Below are positions 1 to 11,901 of a stretch of 64,000 nt of DNA, piece by piece. The position numbers and the translations under genes were made by a program. Every line of letters begins with the position of its first letter. Positions within the stretch are counted from its first letter, which is position 1. The DNA comes from Bilabrum cf. latius (lineage: Eukaryota): positions 186,001 through 250,000 of the forward strand of contig OZ237739.1 of NCBI GenBank assembly GCA_965178125.1. Direction: 5' to 3'. Below the pieces are notes generated by a model, which saw nothing but the letters and a program-made list of their open reading frames with translations, was not told where the DNA came from and did no database searches.

Positions 1-2
1 GA

Positions 3-1256
3 GCGGGAGCGGGAGGTGCGGGTGGAGGCAGCAGAGACGGCGCACCAGGCAAGAGTGGCCAATCATGGGGTGGTCAAACCGGCATCCCCAGCCGGGGGCA
101 GTCGGCAGTCGGCCATGTTCGGCTGGAGGAGGCGGGCCACCGCTCTGCGCGAAGCAGACAGGAAGCCATCAACGCATCTCGAAGGGCGCTGGAGGCCGCC
201 AACCGGATCGAGAGGGAGCTCAGGGCACAGGCGGCTCGGATGCAGCAGCAGCAACAACAGCAGGGCAGCAATGGCAGCAGCAAGCACGCGTCTTCGCGGA
301 CCGTTCCGATCCCCACCGTCGGGCTAGAGGAGGCTAGGGCTGCAGCCAGCGCGGCCCGTGCCCGCGGGGACCATGGGCCCCACTCGGCCAGGAGCGGAAG
401 CGCCGAGGAGGCGCTGGCGCGGCTGAGGAACAGCGTGCACGGAGGTGGCATCAGCGACAGCAGCGGGGCTGGGGCTGGGGCTGGGGCTGGGGCTGGTGTT
501 GGCGGGCAAGCCGAAGCCTCCGGACCCCCTGGCGCCGCGCAGCCGAGGCCGGGACACTCCGGCGTGCAGGCGAGCGGAGCTCTTCGTGCCTTTGCGATGG
601 AGGGGGTGGGGCCTGAGAAAGGTGCATCGCACGGTGGTGGTAGTGGTGCCACTGCGGAAGCGACGAGCTCTGCGCGTGCCGGTTCCGCACCACCACCCGG
701 CAGGCGTGAGGCTGGGCTGGCGGGTGCAGGGCACGGTGGTGCGCAGCACCGCGCCGGTGCAGGATCCCTCGGTGAGATAGATGCGTCGCAGGATCCCTCG
801 GCGGGTGCAGGTGCAGGTGGCAGGTTGGCTGTGTCGGAGCCGCTGGCGCTGTAGCTGCATAGGCTCAAGCAGCTGCGGGCTGCGGGGAGCGGCCAGGGCG
901 GGTCAGGCGACCTAGATTGGGGAGACGACGATGAGGATGATGAGGATGGTGACGAAGATGAGGACGAAGCTGATGGGGAGGATGAAGATGAAGATGAAGA
1001 CGGCGGGCTTGCCGCCCTGCGTAGCGTGACACACGGGTCCGGCGCGGGCCACAGCGCGCACAGCTCTGCCGAGTCCTTTGCAGGAGGGGGTCACGCGAGG
1101 GGCACTGCATCAGGGGCCGAGGCTGGGGGTGCCCCCGACGGTGTGACGAGTGGGTCCCTGGGCGAGCTGGACCAGGCCGGGCGTGAGCTCCTGGCGGAGC
1201 TGACGCGGAGCAGGGAAGCTCGACTTGGGCCCTCGCCTGGGGAAGGGGGCCGGTGA
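3..1256 (+). CDS. 5'-truncated hypothetical low-complexity protein (poly-Q, Gly/Ala-rich, acidic tract)
   Basis: Frame is open from position 3. ORFs 240-854 and 1026-1256 are joined by one in-frame TAG (852-854) and a D/E tract. Ends TGA. Confidence 0.7.
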
Positions 1257-1486
1257 CGGTGCTGTTGGGAGCGTTGGTGGTTTCATTGGCGTTCGGCTGC
1301 TCTTGTCGAGGGAGGACGATGTCGCGGGCTCCTGGATCAGCTGACTTGGGATCTCCCAAGATTAGGTGAAGCACTGCCACGTCTGGGCGATGCTGCTGTT
1401 GCGCATTGTTCGTGCAGAATCGAATGAAAGCATGAAATAAACCCGATGCGTCTATCCGATCGTTGGTGGTCTTCCGCGTGGCTTCC

Positions 1487-2695
1487 ATGGAAGCATTTGA
1501 TCCGATCCTCGGTGACTCGGAACCGAAAGCGAAAGCTCCAGCTTCCACGTCGCAACCTGCTGCCAAAATCAAGATTCGTTCGTTCGTTCGTTCGCTGCCA
1601 CACTTTTGGCGATAGACGGTTATCATGGCGAGGCCAGTTTGCTGGAAGCAGGTTCTTTATATTACATTAGGAGTCTCGACAGTGATACTACCTCTTGGCT
1701 CGGCAGGTTTTCTCAAGTACTTTGGCTCTCTGGTTGGCCAACCTATCAGTCTGCTCATTCTCGTTCCTATTGTCGTGGGCTTGTTGCAGTACTTGATCGT
1801 TCCATTTCTATTGTTTCTGTCCAGCGGGTGGATGCTTGTGCCATTTGATCCTGACACGCGATGCGAACCGCGACGGACACTTGAGCGCGGTGTTTGCTGC
1901 TTCAGACTCGATGACGGTGTATAGCCGAACGAAATGGCAAAAATGCGGCAGACAGTTCGTGATTTGGAAAAAGAGGTTACAAGGCTAGCTGCGATTTCTG
2001 GTGCAAAAATCTTGGAGAAGCAAGTTGGAGGCAGCGTCATCGTTGCATCCGTGCCGGAAGTAGCTGCCCGGGTTCCGTCGCAAGATAGTGACGCAAGCGA
2101 AGCAGCCAAAGGGCCAAGCGCCCACGGCCCCCCTCGTCCGCATCCATGGAAGCTCGGCATAGCAACATTCCTCGGACTCTACCCTTCCTTGCTGTTCGCG
2201 GGTTTCCCTGCCTCGGATGCAGTGGTGGCGGCAGGGGGACACCCGATCGGCGGGCTCATGGTAACCATCCTGGTGGCAGTGCTCCTCGTCGTGGGGTTCA
2301 CTGGCCCTCTCATGACGCGGCTGCTCCGCGTGTGGATATTCGACGACGAGTCCGGGGAGGCTGACGCCCTGTGCTGCTGCCATGCGGGGGCGGTGTGCTG
2401 CAAGCGGGGCGTGGCGCCGGCATGCGGTTGCTCTGCTGCCCCTGCCCACAGCCCGGCTGCAGGCGAGCCAACTGTCCCTGCAAATGCACAGCCAGCCAAT
2501 GTCGGCTTCGACCAGCGATATGCTACAGAAACGAAGCAGCAGGACGAGGAGGAGGAGGAGGAGGACGAGGAGGAGGAGGAGGAGGAGGAGGGTGGGTCCG
2601 GCCTGCAGCGCGGTGCTCCGGCGGCGAGTGCGAGTGCAGGCTCCACGCAGATCGAGACGGGGGCTAGCCAGGTCGCTCTGGCCACCGCTGTGTGA
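1487..2695 (+). CDS. Membrane protein with two copies of a P-x-x-W-K helical-hairpin motif resembling the membrane C-terminus of bacterial ABM-superfamily (COG3224-like) proteins
   Basis: ORFs 1625-1924 and 1934-2695 share a frame across TAG 1922-1924. An upstream in-frame ATG at 1487 is reached via TAG 1613. Motifs RPVCWKQVLYITLG...LIVPFLLFLSSGWM and PHPWKLGIATFLGLYP...GPLMTRLLRVWI. Ends TGA. Confidence 0.6.
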
Positions 2696-2851
2696 TTGGC
2701 TGTTCGCTTGTTGTGCCGATTTTTGAATCTTTTGTAGTTGGCTAGATCTAGTTGGGTCGTTGCGTGTTCTAGGGCACCTTGGGTTGTGGATTGCTTCTCC
2801 TCTTCGACCATCAACATCAAATATGTGTCATCAATCACTGCCCCTCGCGAG

Positions 2852-5131
2852 ATGTCAGACCCCCAAGGCATCCTACTTGCACTTGAGGACGAAGAGATTG
2901 GGCCCGATGAAGCACTCCGCCAGCTGGCCCAGCTACCTGCTGTCAGGGCCCTCTCAGTTTCGGGCGGTGCCGGCGAGATTCTTGTTGGAGCTATTCGAGC
3001 GCTCCCTTGCCTAGAAGAGTTGGAAATTCTCGAAGTGCCGAATTAGAAAATGGGAGCAATCTGTAGTGCGCTTTCAATGCATAGTAGCGTCAGGCATCTG
3101 AGTCTGCCGGCCGCCTTCAGTTGCGAGCGGTAGCCTGATGCCGTCCAATGCCTTTGCAAGTGGCTTGCCGACGAGGGTGCTCGGCATTGGATTCAAAGTC
3201 TAGATTTATCGCGCATCAAACCGCTTCGGGCGGATTGCACAGCACTGTTTGATGCTCTTCGGCCATCGACGTCGGTGCAGAGGATTATTTTGGATCGCGT
3301 TCTTGCTGCAGACTCACTACGTGCCATGCTGCAAGTGAATACCTCATTGCAAGTACTTGATTTCCGACGCGCAGTGCTTGGCCCTAAAACTCGCCTTGCC
3401 CTGTTTCAAGGTCTGATCGAGAACACAGCGATCCGCAAACTCATTGCAAAGCGGTTTAGAAACGGATCCGAAGCTCAGGAGCGCGACATTGGCGCGGCAC
3501 TCCGTGACTGCTACGCAAGAAATACGGTCCTCGAGCATCTCGATTGCTTGGTAGGGACAGATGAGGGCCAAGCTTTGGCCATCACAGGGCTCGAGGGCAG
3601 GTGCTCCTCCCGCATCAGGTGCCTGCGCACCCAGTGCGCCGGGCTATCCGCGAGCACCGCGCTCTGCAGCGTCCTTTCTTCGCCAGCCGGGCATCCCCTG
3701 CGCGAGTTGCGCATTGTGGGTAGCATGCCGCAGGAGGGCCTGGACATGCTCGCCTCGTGCATCGCCGAGAACGCCGGCGATCTGCGTTCGCTGCGCCTTG
3801 AGACGCAGCCGCTCAAATACGCATCCATCGTCCGAAGCCTTGCCACCAATACCGCGCTGCGCCAATTGCGGCTCGAGTCGGCATCAGACGGTGACGGGCC
3901 TCTGCTGGAGGCCCTCGCAGCTGGGCTCTCCGCTGCTGGCAACCACACCCTGAGGCACCTGACCCTGCGGGCATGCCGGATCAACTACTGGGGCAGCGCC
4001 GAGAAACTCAAAGAGGTGCTCTAGGGGAACGTAGGCTTGCAGAGCTTGGACCTGTCAAGCAACTGCATCGGCGGGCAGGGGTGGCTTGCCGCGTTCCACG
4101 GGATCGCAAGCAACAGCACGATGCTGCAGCTGATCTTGGACAGCAACAGTCTGGACGGACCCGGCGCATACGACGCCATCCGAATGCTGGAAGGTGATGG
4201 CATGCAGTGCCTGCAGGTGCTTGACCTGGCTGACAACGGCTTCACTGAGGGTCTCGCTGAGGACCTCCAAGCTGGGCTGAGGCCGAACGCCGGTCTGGCG
4301 GTTATTCGGCTGCGAGGCAACCGAGACTTCGAGGAGAGAGGAGACGCTGCCCTCTGCGATGGGATGGGCCTTGACAAGGGGTCCTGCTGCGGGTACATGG
4401 ACGAATGGTCGCTGGCGTCAGCGGCGCCGGCCCAGGAGCACGGCCCGGGGGGCGTGAGTGGATCCTTGCAATCTCGGGGCGGAGGCATGGAAGCGGCGAG
4501 CCGGGCGATGGGTAGGATGCAGTACCGCGGGCAGGTGGCGGCTCGTTGGCTGCAGGAGTGGCAAGAGGCCGTCAGTGGTGGCGGCGATGCTACAGGTGAG
4601 GGTGGGGGTTTAGCTCGGGACAGCAAGAGTGTGGGTGGTCCCAAGGGCAGCCCCGAGTCCTCCGTGCTGCTGTGCCAGCGAGCGGCCTGTCTGCTGCACC
4701 TCGTCGCTCAGCGCGAGCCCCAGATAGATCCGGAGCTCGCTGCAGCCTACGCGAGTGCCGCGCTTGATTCCGCTGTCGGGCTGGTGCTGCGGCCGGCTAG
4801 GTTCCCCCCGGTTCCCTCGGCTTCGCTGGAGCGCTTCGGGCACTTGGTTGGACTGCTGCAGGCTCTGATCGATGTGCAGCAGCCGGAGGATCTGCGGGAG
4901 ATTCTGGAGCCGGTAGCGGGGGGCTTCTATCGCATTGATCGATTTCCTGAGCCACCCTTTCGACTCATCGGGGTGCGGGAGGCTGTGACAAGGCTTGTAG
5001 TAGACGCGCCGAGGGGGAAGGTTGTCGAGGCCGTGCGCTATCGGTGCCGGCAGCTGCTGCGGCTCGAGGAGGTCAGGAGGGCAGCGAGGCTGGCGCGGTG
5101 GAGGACGGCCGCCTGTCTTGATGGGGAGTGA
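2852..5131 (+). CDS. Leucine-rich-repeat protein (RNI/NLRC3-like LRRs), ~759 aa
   Basis: One frame with TAGs at 3044, 3131 and 4022. Repeated LxxLxL motifs (NTSLQVLDF, NTALRQLRL, LQSLDLSSNCIG, LQVLDLADNGF). Ends TGA. Confidence 0.85.
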
Positions 5132-5370
5132 AGCGTGCGAAATAGTACGAAAGAGGTGTCATTCAAGCAGTGTGTCATTCAAGCAGTGCGGGTCTCCATC
5201 TTGGACGGACAGGCCAGCCCCACTCATCCGTGCCATCAAGCAGCAGGCAGGTCCAGCCCGAGTCATTCATGCCTCATGTGCTATACATAGGATTCGGGCG
5301 TCAGGGGCGCTGCGGCCTACATGTCTCATCATCTCTCGAGTGCAGCACGAGCGGTATCGGCCAGGCCACA

Positions 5371-6492
5371 TCACATGTGGACCGATGATACGTGTTTATT
5401 GAGATTGCCCGCCAACCCGAAGCGCTTTCCACACACGCTGCACTCATGATTGCGCTGCCCCAGATGGACAGTCCTCATGTGCGTCTTGAGACTGCCTGCC
5501 TCCCCGAAGCGCTTGCTGCACATGTTGCACTCGTGCTTGCGCTCCCCCAGATGCACGACAGTCATGTGCTTCTTGAGACTGCCTGCCTCCCCGAAGCGCT
5601 TGCTGCACATGCTGCACTCGTGCTTGCGCTCCCCATGGTGCACAATGCTCATGTGCTTCCTGATACTGCCTGCCTCCCCAAAGCGCTTGCAGCACACGCT
5701 GCACTCGTGCTTGCGCTCCCCATGGTGCACAGTCCTCATGTGATTATTGAGATGGCCCGCCAACCCGAAGCGCTTGCCGCACACGCTGCACTCATGATTG
5801 CGCTCCCCCAGATGCACGACAGTCATGTGCCTCTTGAGACAGCCCGCCTGACCGAAGCGCTTGCCGCACACGCTGCACTCGTGCTTGCGCTCCCCCAGAT
5901 GGACAGTCCTCATGTGCGTCTTGAGAGTGCCTGCCAACCCGAAGCGCTTGCCGCACACGCTGCACTCGTGCTTGCGCTCCCCCAGGTGCACCACAGACAC
6001 ATGCTGACGAAGCGCCTGTGCACTCGACAGCACCTTACCATACACCTCGCATCCATGTCCCCTACTCCCACTGCCATGCATCGATGCTCCCACCCTCCTT
6101 CTCTTGCTGCCCGAGGCAGGCTACGGACAGTCTGCCACAGCTCCAGCATCCATGGCTTGCTTCGATGTGGCACGTGCCCGCTTCTGCCCCACGATACCTG
6201 TGCAGCTACTTGTGCCGACTGTTTCGAATGCCGATGAAGATGACCCTCCGGCAGCCGAAGCTGATCCTGCCAGTGCGCTTGACGATGCTGACTCGATCGA
6301 TTGGCAAGTGCCTTGCCCGCCCATGGATCCCAGCGCTCTGCTTCCTGCACTCGGGTCTGAAGCTAAACAGCCATCTTGCGTAGTCTTCACGGATACAGCA
6401 AAGTCTCCTTCCTGACGATCATCCTCGCTATCGCTGCTGTCGCTGACCAGGTCAATCACGTCATCAGGGCCTGGTCCTACCCCGGACGACAT
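5371..6492 (-). CDS. C2H2 zinc-finger array protein (7 intact + 1 degenerate finger) with acidic N-terminus
   Basis: ORFs 6121-6504 and 5371-6093 are joined across TAG 6121-6123. CxxC-x12-H-x4-H fingers with LGERKHEC linkers. N-terminal DVIDLVSDSSD resembles a SUMO-interacting motif. Ends TGA. Confidence 0.9.
5380..6000. repeat. 87-bp coding minisatellite (29-aa zinc-finger units, ~7 copies)
   Basis: Recurrent gaagcgcttgccgcacacgctgcactcgtgcttgcgctcccc unit at 87-bp spacing. Confidence 0.9.
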
Positions 6493-7373
6493 CGCTCTCT
6501 CCACCAGGCAGTATCGTCAATGCGAGCCCAGGACAAGCTCCAAGCAAGCTGTGGGGCACCAATTGAGGAATCGCAAGAAAAAGCAGAGAAAGTAATAACC
6601 AGCAGTCTGATGGCCTGGTGTCAGCAGCTTGGCACCCCTGACAGTATCCACAGTTCAGTCACCACAGTGTGATGCTCCACGTTGCACGCCCAACTGGCCC
6701 AGGGAGACTCGGGGGAGCGCAACGAAGTGCTTCTGACGAGGTGGAGGAATCCATGTAGATAGTGCTTTGGTTCCGCTGACGAAAGGCGCCGCGCAATACG
6801 GAAACCATACGCACCCTACCCCGCAGTCAGAATCCCTTCTCGAACCAACCCTCAAACTCGTCGTCACCGGGGTGACCCTTTGCCTCCCGATGTTGCCTCA
6901 GATTGAGCGATATCGGTTCACTGCTGCGAGGACTGTTGCCGATGTCGCTCGATCTGAGGTAGGCCTACCTTGGCCTGCTAAGTTTACCTTGGCCTGATAC
7001 AGTCCGTGTCGGAGTGATAGTCACCAATACCATGGACAATCATACTAACATGACGATTATGCGTCGAGAACGAGTGCAAACTGCAACTGCAGTGCACGCT
7101 CATCATGATGGATCCGAACGGAATGACGGTGTGCAAGAGTGTGGCTTGGCCCGCGATGAATCCATGCAATATATCTCGTCCGGTCTTGCGTTGGCTAGCG
7201 GTGCAAAGGCTCTCATGGGAGCGCAATAGAGACGATCCGCCGGCGACACGGGGCACAACCACCGCTTCTCAGCTCGGCTCCGTCTCGATTGCCGCTTCGC
7301 ACACACTTCACAATCAGCTCAATCCACCTCGACACATGTGACCCAGGCCGGTACCATCACCCGATCCCACGGG

Positions 7374-9930
7374 TCACGCATACCTGAATCCCCCCTGCCC
7401 CCTGCCGCCACCACCTCCCAGCGGGGTGCCATCGCTGTCAGGCCCCGTGGAAGCAGAGTCCTCGGGCAGCAGCACGCCGGCCCTTGAGCCCAGAGTGCCC
7501 ACCATTCCCACATCGCTGCCACGGGCGCCCCGCAGCCCGCCCCCCATAGAGTCCAGACTGCCCACCTGGCCCCCGCCGCCGTGCGTCCAGGACTGCTGCA
7601 CGAGCGAGGAGCCAGACTCGCGGCCCTGCTGTCCGCCGCTCCCACCCGTGCTCTGCGCTCCCATTGCGATGTCAAGCCCGCTGCTCCCTCCTGCCATGTC
7701 ACTCGTCACGCCAGGGACGTGCCCGGCGCCCAGCACCTGCATGTGTTCCCCGCCCCTACCCCTCCCACTGCCACCACCACCACCCCCTCGACCACGTCCC
7801 CCGCCGCCACTGCGTCTCGCATGACCCCCCGGCCTGGGCCCTCCCGCCGAGCCCGCCACCTCGCCGCGCACCGCTCCCGTGTCAGTCCCTGCGCGCCGGG
7901 GCAGCGACTGTCCCGCGCTTCCCCTGGATGTGCTCATGGGCGAGGTGGTCTGCGGCAGGGACAGCCCCTGCACCTGCTGCCCGCCCGTGCCGACGTACGA
8001 CCCCATGCCCATCTCCGCGTCGTTCTGGGGATGGTACTTCCCGCCCCCGGCCTCGTGTTCCCCCCTCCTGTTCCCTGGGAGGGGCACCCTCCAAGGCTCG
8101 TCACCCTGGGATGACGAGGGCGCGGGCACCCGAGGGGGGGACCCGTGCCCGTGCCGAGGCCTCTCGAAGGGGTCGTTCCCCTGGGAGGAGGGCCCGCCGC
8201 CGCCGCCACCACCCATGTCGTCCTTGCGCTCCCCTCGACTGTCATCCCCCGGGCCCACCCGCACACCGTCGTATGCCCAGCGGTCGCCCCTCGGCCCGCC
8301 GCCATTCTGGAATATGGGCGGGCCCACACCTCCTCCCCCTCGCTCCCCTCCCCCGTGCTCCATCGCATCGGGGCCATCTGGAGCCCCCAGCAGCGGGGTG
8401 TCGCTCCCGTTGTTCCCCGGCGTGATCCCTGCACCACGGATTTCATTCCCGCTGCCGCCCCCCCGCCTGCTTCCTTTCCTCTTCCCCGGCGACCTCGACC
8501 GCCGGCCCTACCGGCCCCTGCCCGTCCCCTGCTGTGCAGCCGTCCGCCTCTCCTGTCTCGTCGCGAAATAGAGGGCCAGGGCACACCCGCCCTCGCACAC
8601 AAAGTGCATGAACCACATGTAGGTGAACCACGACTTGGGCGTGCCCTGCATGCTGACGTCAGCCGCGGCCACCGCCACGACCCACGAGGCCAGGGTAAAG
8701 CCGAGTACCGTGGAGATGACCACCACCACGAGCGCGGTCAGCAGGAGCCTCCGCGCCCGCTGCTGCCTCGCGGATAGCTGGCTCGTCGAATGGTGGCCCA
8801 GGAGCATGTACAGGCTTGACAGCTGGCAGGAAAAGTACACGCCGCCGACGTTAAGGCAGAGAACGTAGAATGCGAGCACGGCGTCCGCGATGTTCGCGTA
8901 GATGTCCCCCTGGCGGTCCGTGTGGCTGTGTACCCTGATCGCATCTAGAATAGACACGGGAAGCACGATGAGCAAGAGAACCACCACGGCAACGACCACG
9001 AACACCTGGGCCCGCCGGCCGACGGCGCGCTGCTCCGCGGCCGCCAGAATGGCCGACCAAATCATGGTGACGAGGAGGAAGCTGCACACCCACAGGGCTT
9101 GCGGAAGGCGCAAAAGAACGCCATACACCACATCCCCGGACAACGCTGCGACAGATAGATTGCGTCAAGATGCGGCTGGGAGTGGCAGCGGAATTTTACT
9201 GCGGGATCAGTACCGTGCTGTCGCTACCACCACCGGCCGGTAGAATCGCGCACCGCATAGGTACTTTTAACTCACATGCTCTTGTAACATCGGAATCTGC
9301 GAACGGCAGGTAGGAGATGAAACGGCTCGCGGGGCGCTGGTGCGATGCTCGATCGTCGACGCTTCACATCCGACCCGCCGGTAATATCTCGTGTGGGCAC
9401 GCAATACGCGCGATCACCAGATGCGAGACACGGCATGACGCGCATAGAAATCCACTCAACCGCCACTCACCGATCAGCCAGGCGAATCGAAGTGCACAGG
9501 CCATCATGCAGCAGAAACTGGACATGTCCCGGTAGTTTAGGGGCTAACACTGCCGAGTTGCGGCCCATCGGAGATAAAAATCAACTGTAAATAAGCCCAG
9601 TACCACAGCATGGAGCACACAGACCAGTGCCATGAATACGTAGAAAGGAACGTCGCCACCTACATCCTCGATGAAGCTTTGAGAGCAGTCATCGCCTGAG
9701 AAGTACGGCTCACAAATGCACCCTTTCGAGGTACAGTGACCTGCAAGGTAGAAGAGATCAAAAAACGACGTTGGGATTGTGGATGCGCTGCAGGCATGGG
9801 AACGGCTGCTCATCGGATGCTTACCGTGGTGGCTGCAAGCCTGCGGGCATATATCCGACGACCCATTGGGGAGAATGCCCAACTGCTCCATACCAACAGA
9901 TGTTACAACACAAAGTGATTTGCACCCCAC
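7374..9930 (-). CDS. EGF-like domain + 7-transmembrane receptor-like protein (TOM1/GPR137-like) with long Gly-rich cytoplasmic tail; 5' end uncertain (could extend to ~10117)
   Basis: CPQACSHHGHCTSKGCICEPYFSGDDC followed by seven hydrophobic segments. Frame-consistent introns 9741-9824, 9297-9470 and 9146-9275. In-frame TAGs at 9544 and 8508. Ends TGA at 7374. Confidence 0.7.
9276..9296 (-). other. Predicted 21-nt micro-exon of the EGF-7TM gene
   Basis: Minus strand reads GCAG|ATTCCGATGTTACAAGAGCAT|GTGAGT. Phase 1 on both sides matches the flanking exons and gives ...WLI-DSDVTRAS-LSGD. Confidence 0.6.
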
Positions 9931-10168
9931 TAATGTCTACTGGATTATTTGCTCTATTACTGGGAACGCCGACGACGAAGGTCGCCGACGCGCCCAGGAT
10001 GACGAGGATGCCGTGAGGGCACGCGGCGCACGGTTCCAGGCCCTCCGGGAGCGAACCATTTGTAATCCTGGGGACGTATCGAAGCGACCCACTCGTAGCT
10101 GGAAAGTTCTAATTCATTTAAAGGCGCCACCAGCTGCGTGTCCCCCCACACGCAAAGAGCTCCCATGC

Positions 10169-11605
10169 TCATGTCCCAGTCGCAACACGCCGCCTCTTGG
10201 ACGTCCTCGTCCTCCTCTCCACCAGCACAACCACAGCCTCATCCTTGACCGTGCCCTTCGCCTTACCCCTGGCCTTGCCCATGCCTCTCGTCTCTTTGGC
10301 GCCCTTTGCCCTTGCAGCCGCTGACCCCCTATCCTCCTGGCCAGCCTCTACCACCGACGCCTCCTATTCGGCCTCTGCTCTTTGCCGCTTGCGGCCGGCG
10401 ACCTGCTTGGGGGGCTTGGGCGCGGCGGCGGCTCCTTTTCGGCCCCGTGCCTTTCCCTTGGTCTTGCTCGGAGTCGCAGTTTTCGCTGCTTTGGCTGAAG
10501 AGGCGCTTGAGCTCGCTCGCTTCTATGCCCATGCCTTTGCCTTTGCCTCTGCCTTTGCCTCGGCAGCAGCAGCACCGCCAGTCGCGGCACCTGATGCTTC
10601 GACGGTGGCCTCCTTCGTCGCCCCCCCGCCAGCGCCTTTCGCCTGCGCTTTGCCCTTGCCTTTGCCCTTGCCTTTGCTACTACCTTTTGTCCCCTTCTTG
10701 TCCGATTTTTTGGGTGGCTTGCCCCAGTCCTTCTTGCCCTGCACGGCCTCCACGATGGCTGTGGTGCGGCCCCCCACAGTGTCATACACCAGCCGGTTGC
10801 CCGCCGCGTCGGTCCCCGCCCCTCCCTTCCCCTTGTCCCAGCGGTAGTGAAACAGCCAGTCCTTCGGAAACTTGGTGTACTCCGCCCCCACATCGCAGGC
10901 AAACCCCACGACGTGCCCCAGCCTCTCCCGAATCCTCTCTGCAGTCATCCCGTCGATCGCCCACACCGGCCGCGAGGGATGCACCCTGGCCTGGTACAGC
11001 ACTTCGTCCGCGATGTAGTTCCCTACGCCGGCGGCAAAGCTTTGGTCGAGAAGCACTGCCTTGATTGGCCCCGATTTCCGCTGCAGCAGCTCATAAAACT
11101 CGCTGGGGGCCGGTAGCTCCAGCTGCGGGTCGAACCCGAGCTTGCTGATGGGAGGGGTGCCCTCGGGGTCGGGGGTCAGCCGCACGCGGCCGAACCGGCG
11201 GGAGTTGATGTACGCGAACTTGGTGCCGTCCTCGAAGCACACCTCCAGCTTGCTGAACCGAGGGGGCCACTCGTCAGCGCTCGCGCCCGTCGGGTTCCTG
11301 CGGTATGTCGCAGTCTTTACGCCTTTCACGCGAAACGCGCCGCTCATGCCCAGGTGCAGATGCAAATGCTGGTCGCCGCTCATCTTCCACCAAAGCTACT
11401 TGCCCTTGCGGCAGGCGGCTTCTATGGACTTCCCAAGCAGGTGCTTCTGTATATCCTCCGCTGGGCTCGCGAGGACCTTGTCGTCGACGAGCCCTGTCCG
11501 TGGGCCGCCCCCTTGCTCCTCTGTTACAACCTTGATAATTTTCTTACCAATGCAATGGTTGTGAATGGTCCGGCGTGCCACCTCAGCTTCGGGAAGCTCC
11601 GGCAT
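10169..11605 (-). CDS. fpg: Formamidopyrimidine-DNA glycosylase (Fpg/MutM, plant/fungal zincless-finger type) with Lys/Ala-rich tail, ~478 aa
   Basis: N-terminal MPELPEAE, RKGK[TAG]LWW, HLGMSG, H2TH motif IKAVLLDQSFAAGVGNYIADEVLYQARVHP, WLFHYRW and VGGRTT. TAGs at 11396, 10523 and 10364. Ends TGA. Confidence 0.95.
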
Positions 11606-11901
11606 GCTGGATCGGAGTTGGCTTGTCCTGTGTGACGTGGATGCTACTAGTACCAGGACCGGCCTTGGTATCAATAGACTTTCTTTATGGTGCGAGACTG
11701 CCAAAGCACACGCTTATACTTGTATTTTTCCTTTTGAAACTGCTCTAGGTTTGTAAATTACTTCGATTATGCGAGTTTATGCCCGTATCAAGTTAATTTT
11801 GGATCCTGGTTGGAGTGCAGTGCACGGTCATGCGGCTCGTCGGCCCGGGACCCGAGAGGATTAAATTTTCAAGCACAGAAAAACGCGGTGCGGTGGCTTA
11901 A

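Noticed and set aside
5156-5187. 16-bp direct duplication GTGTCATTCAAGCAGT x2 in a 3' region
   Set aside because: A simple slippage duplication with no evidence of function.
5380-6000. 87-bp repeat as a CRISPR array
   Set aside because: No unique spacers and no cas genes. The units are in-frame zinc fingers.
6500-7370. Short ORFs between the ZNF and 7TM genes
   Set aside because: I could not support a coherent frame or recognisable protein.
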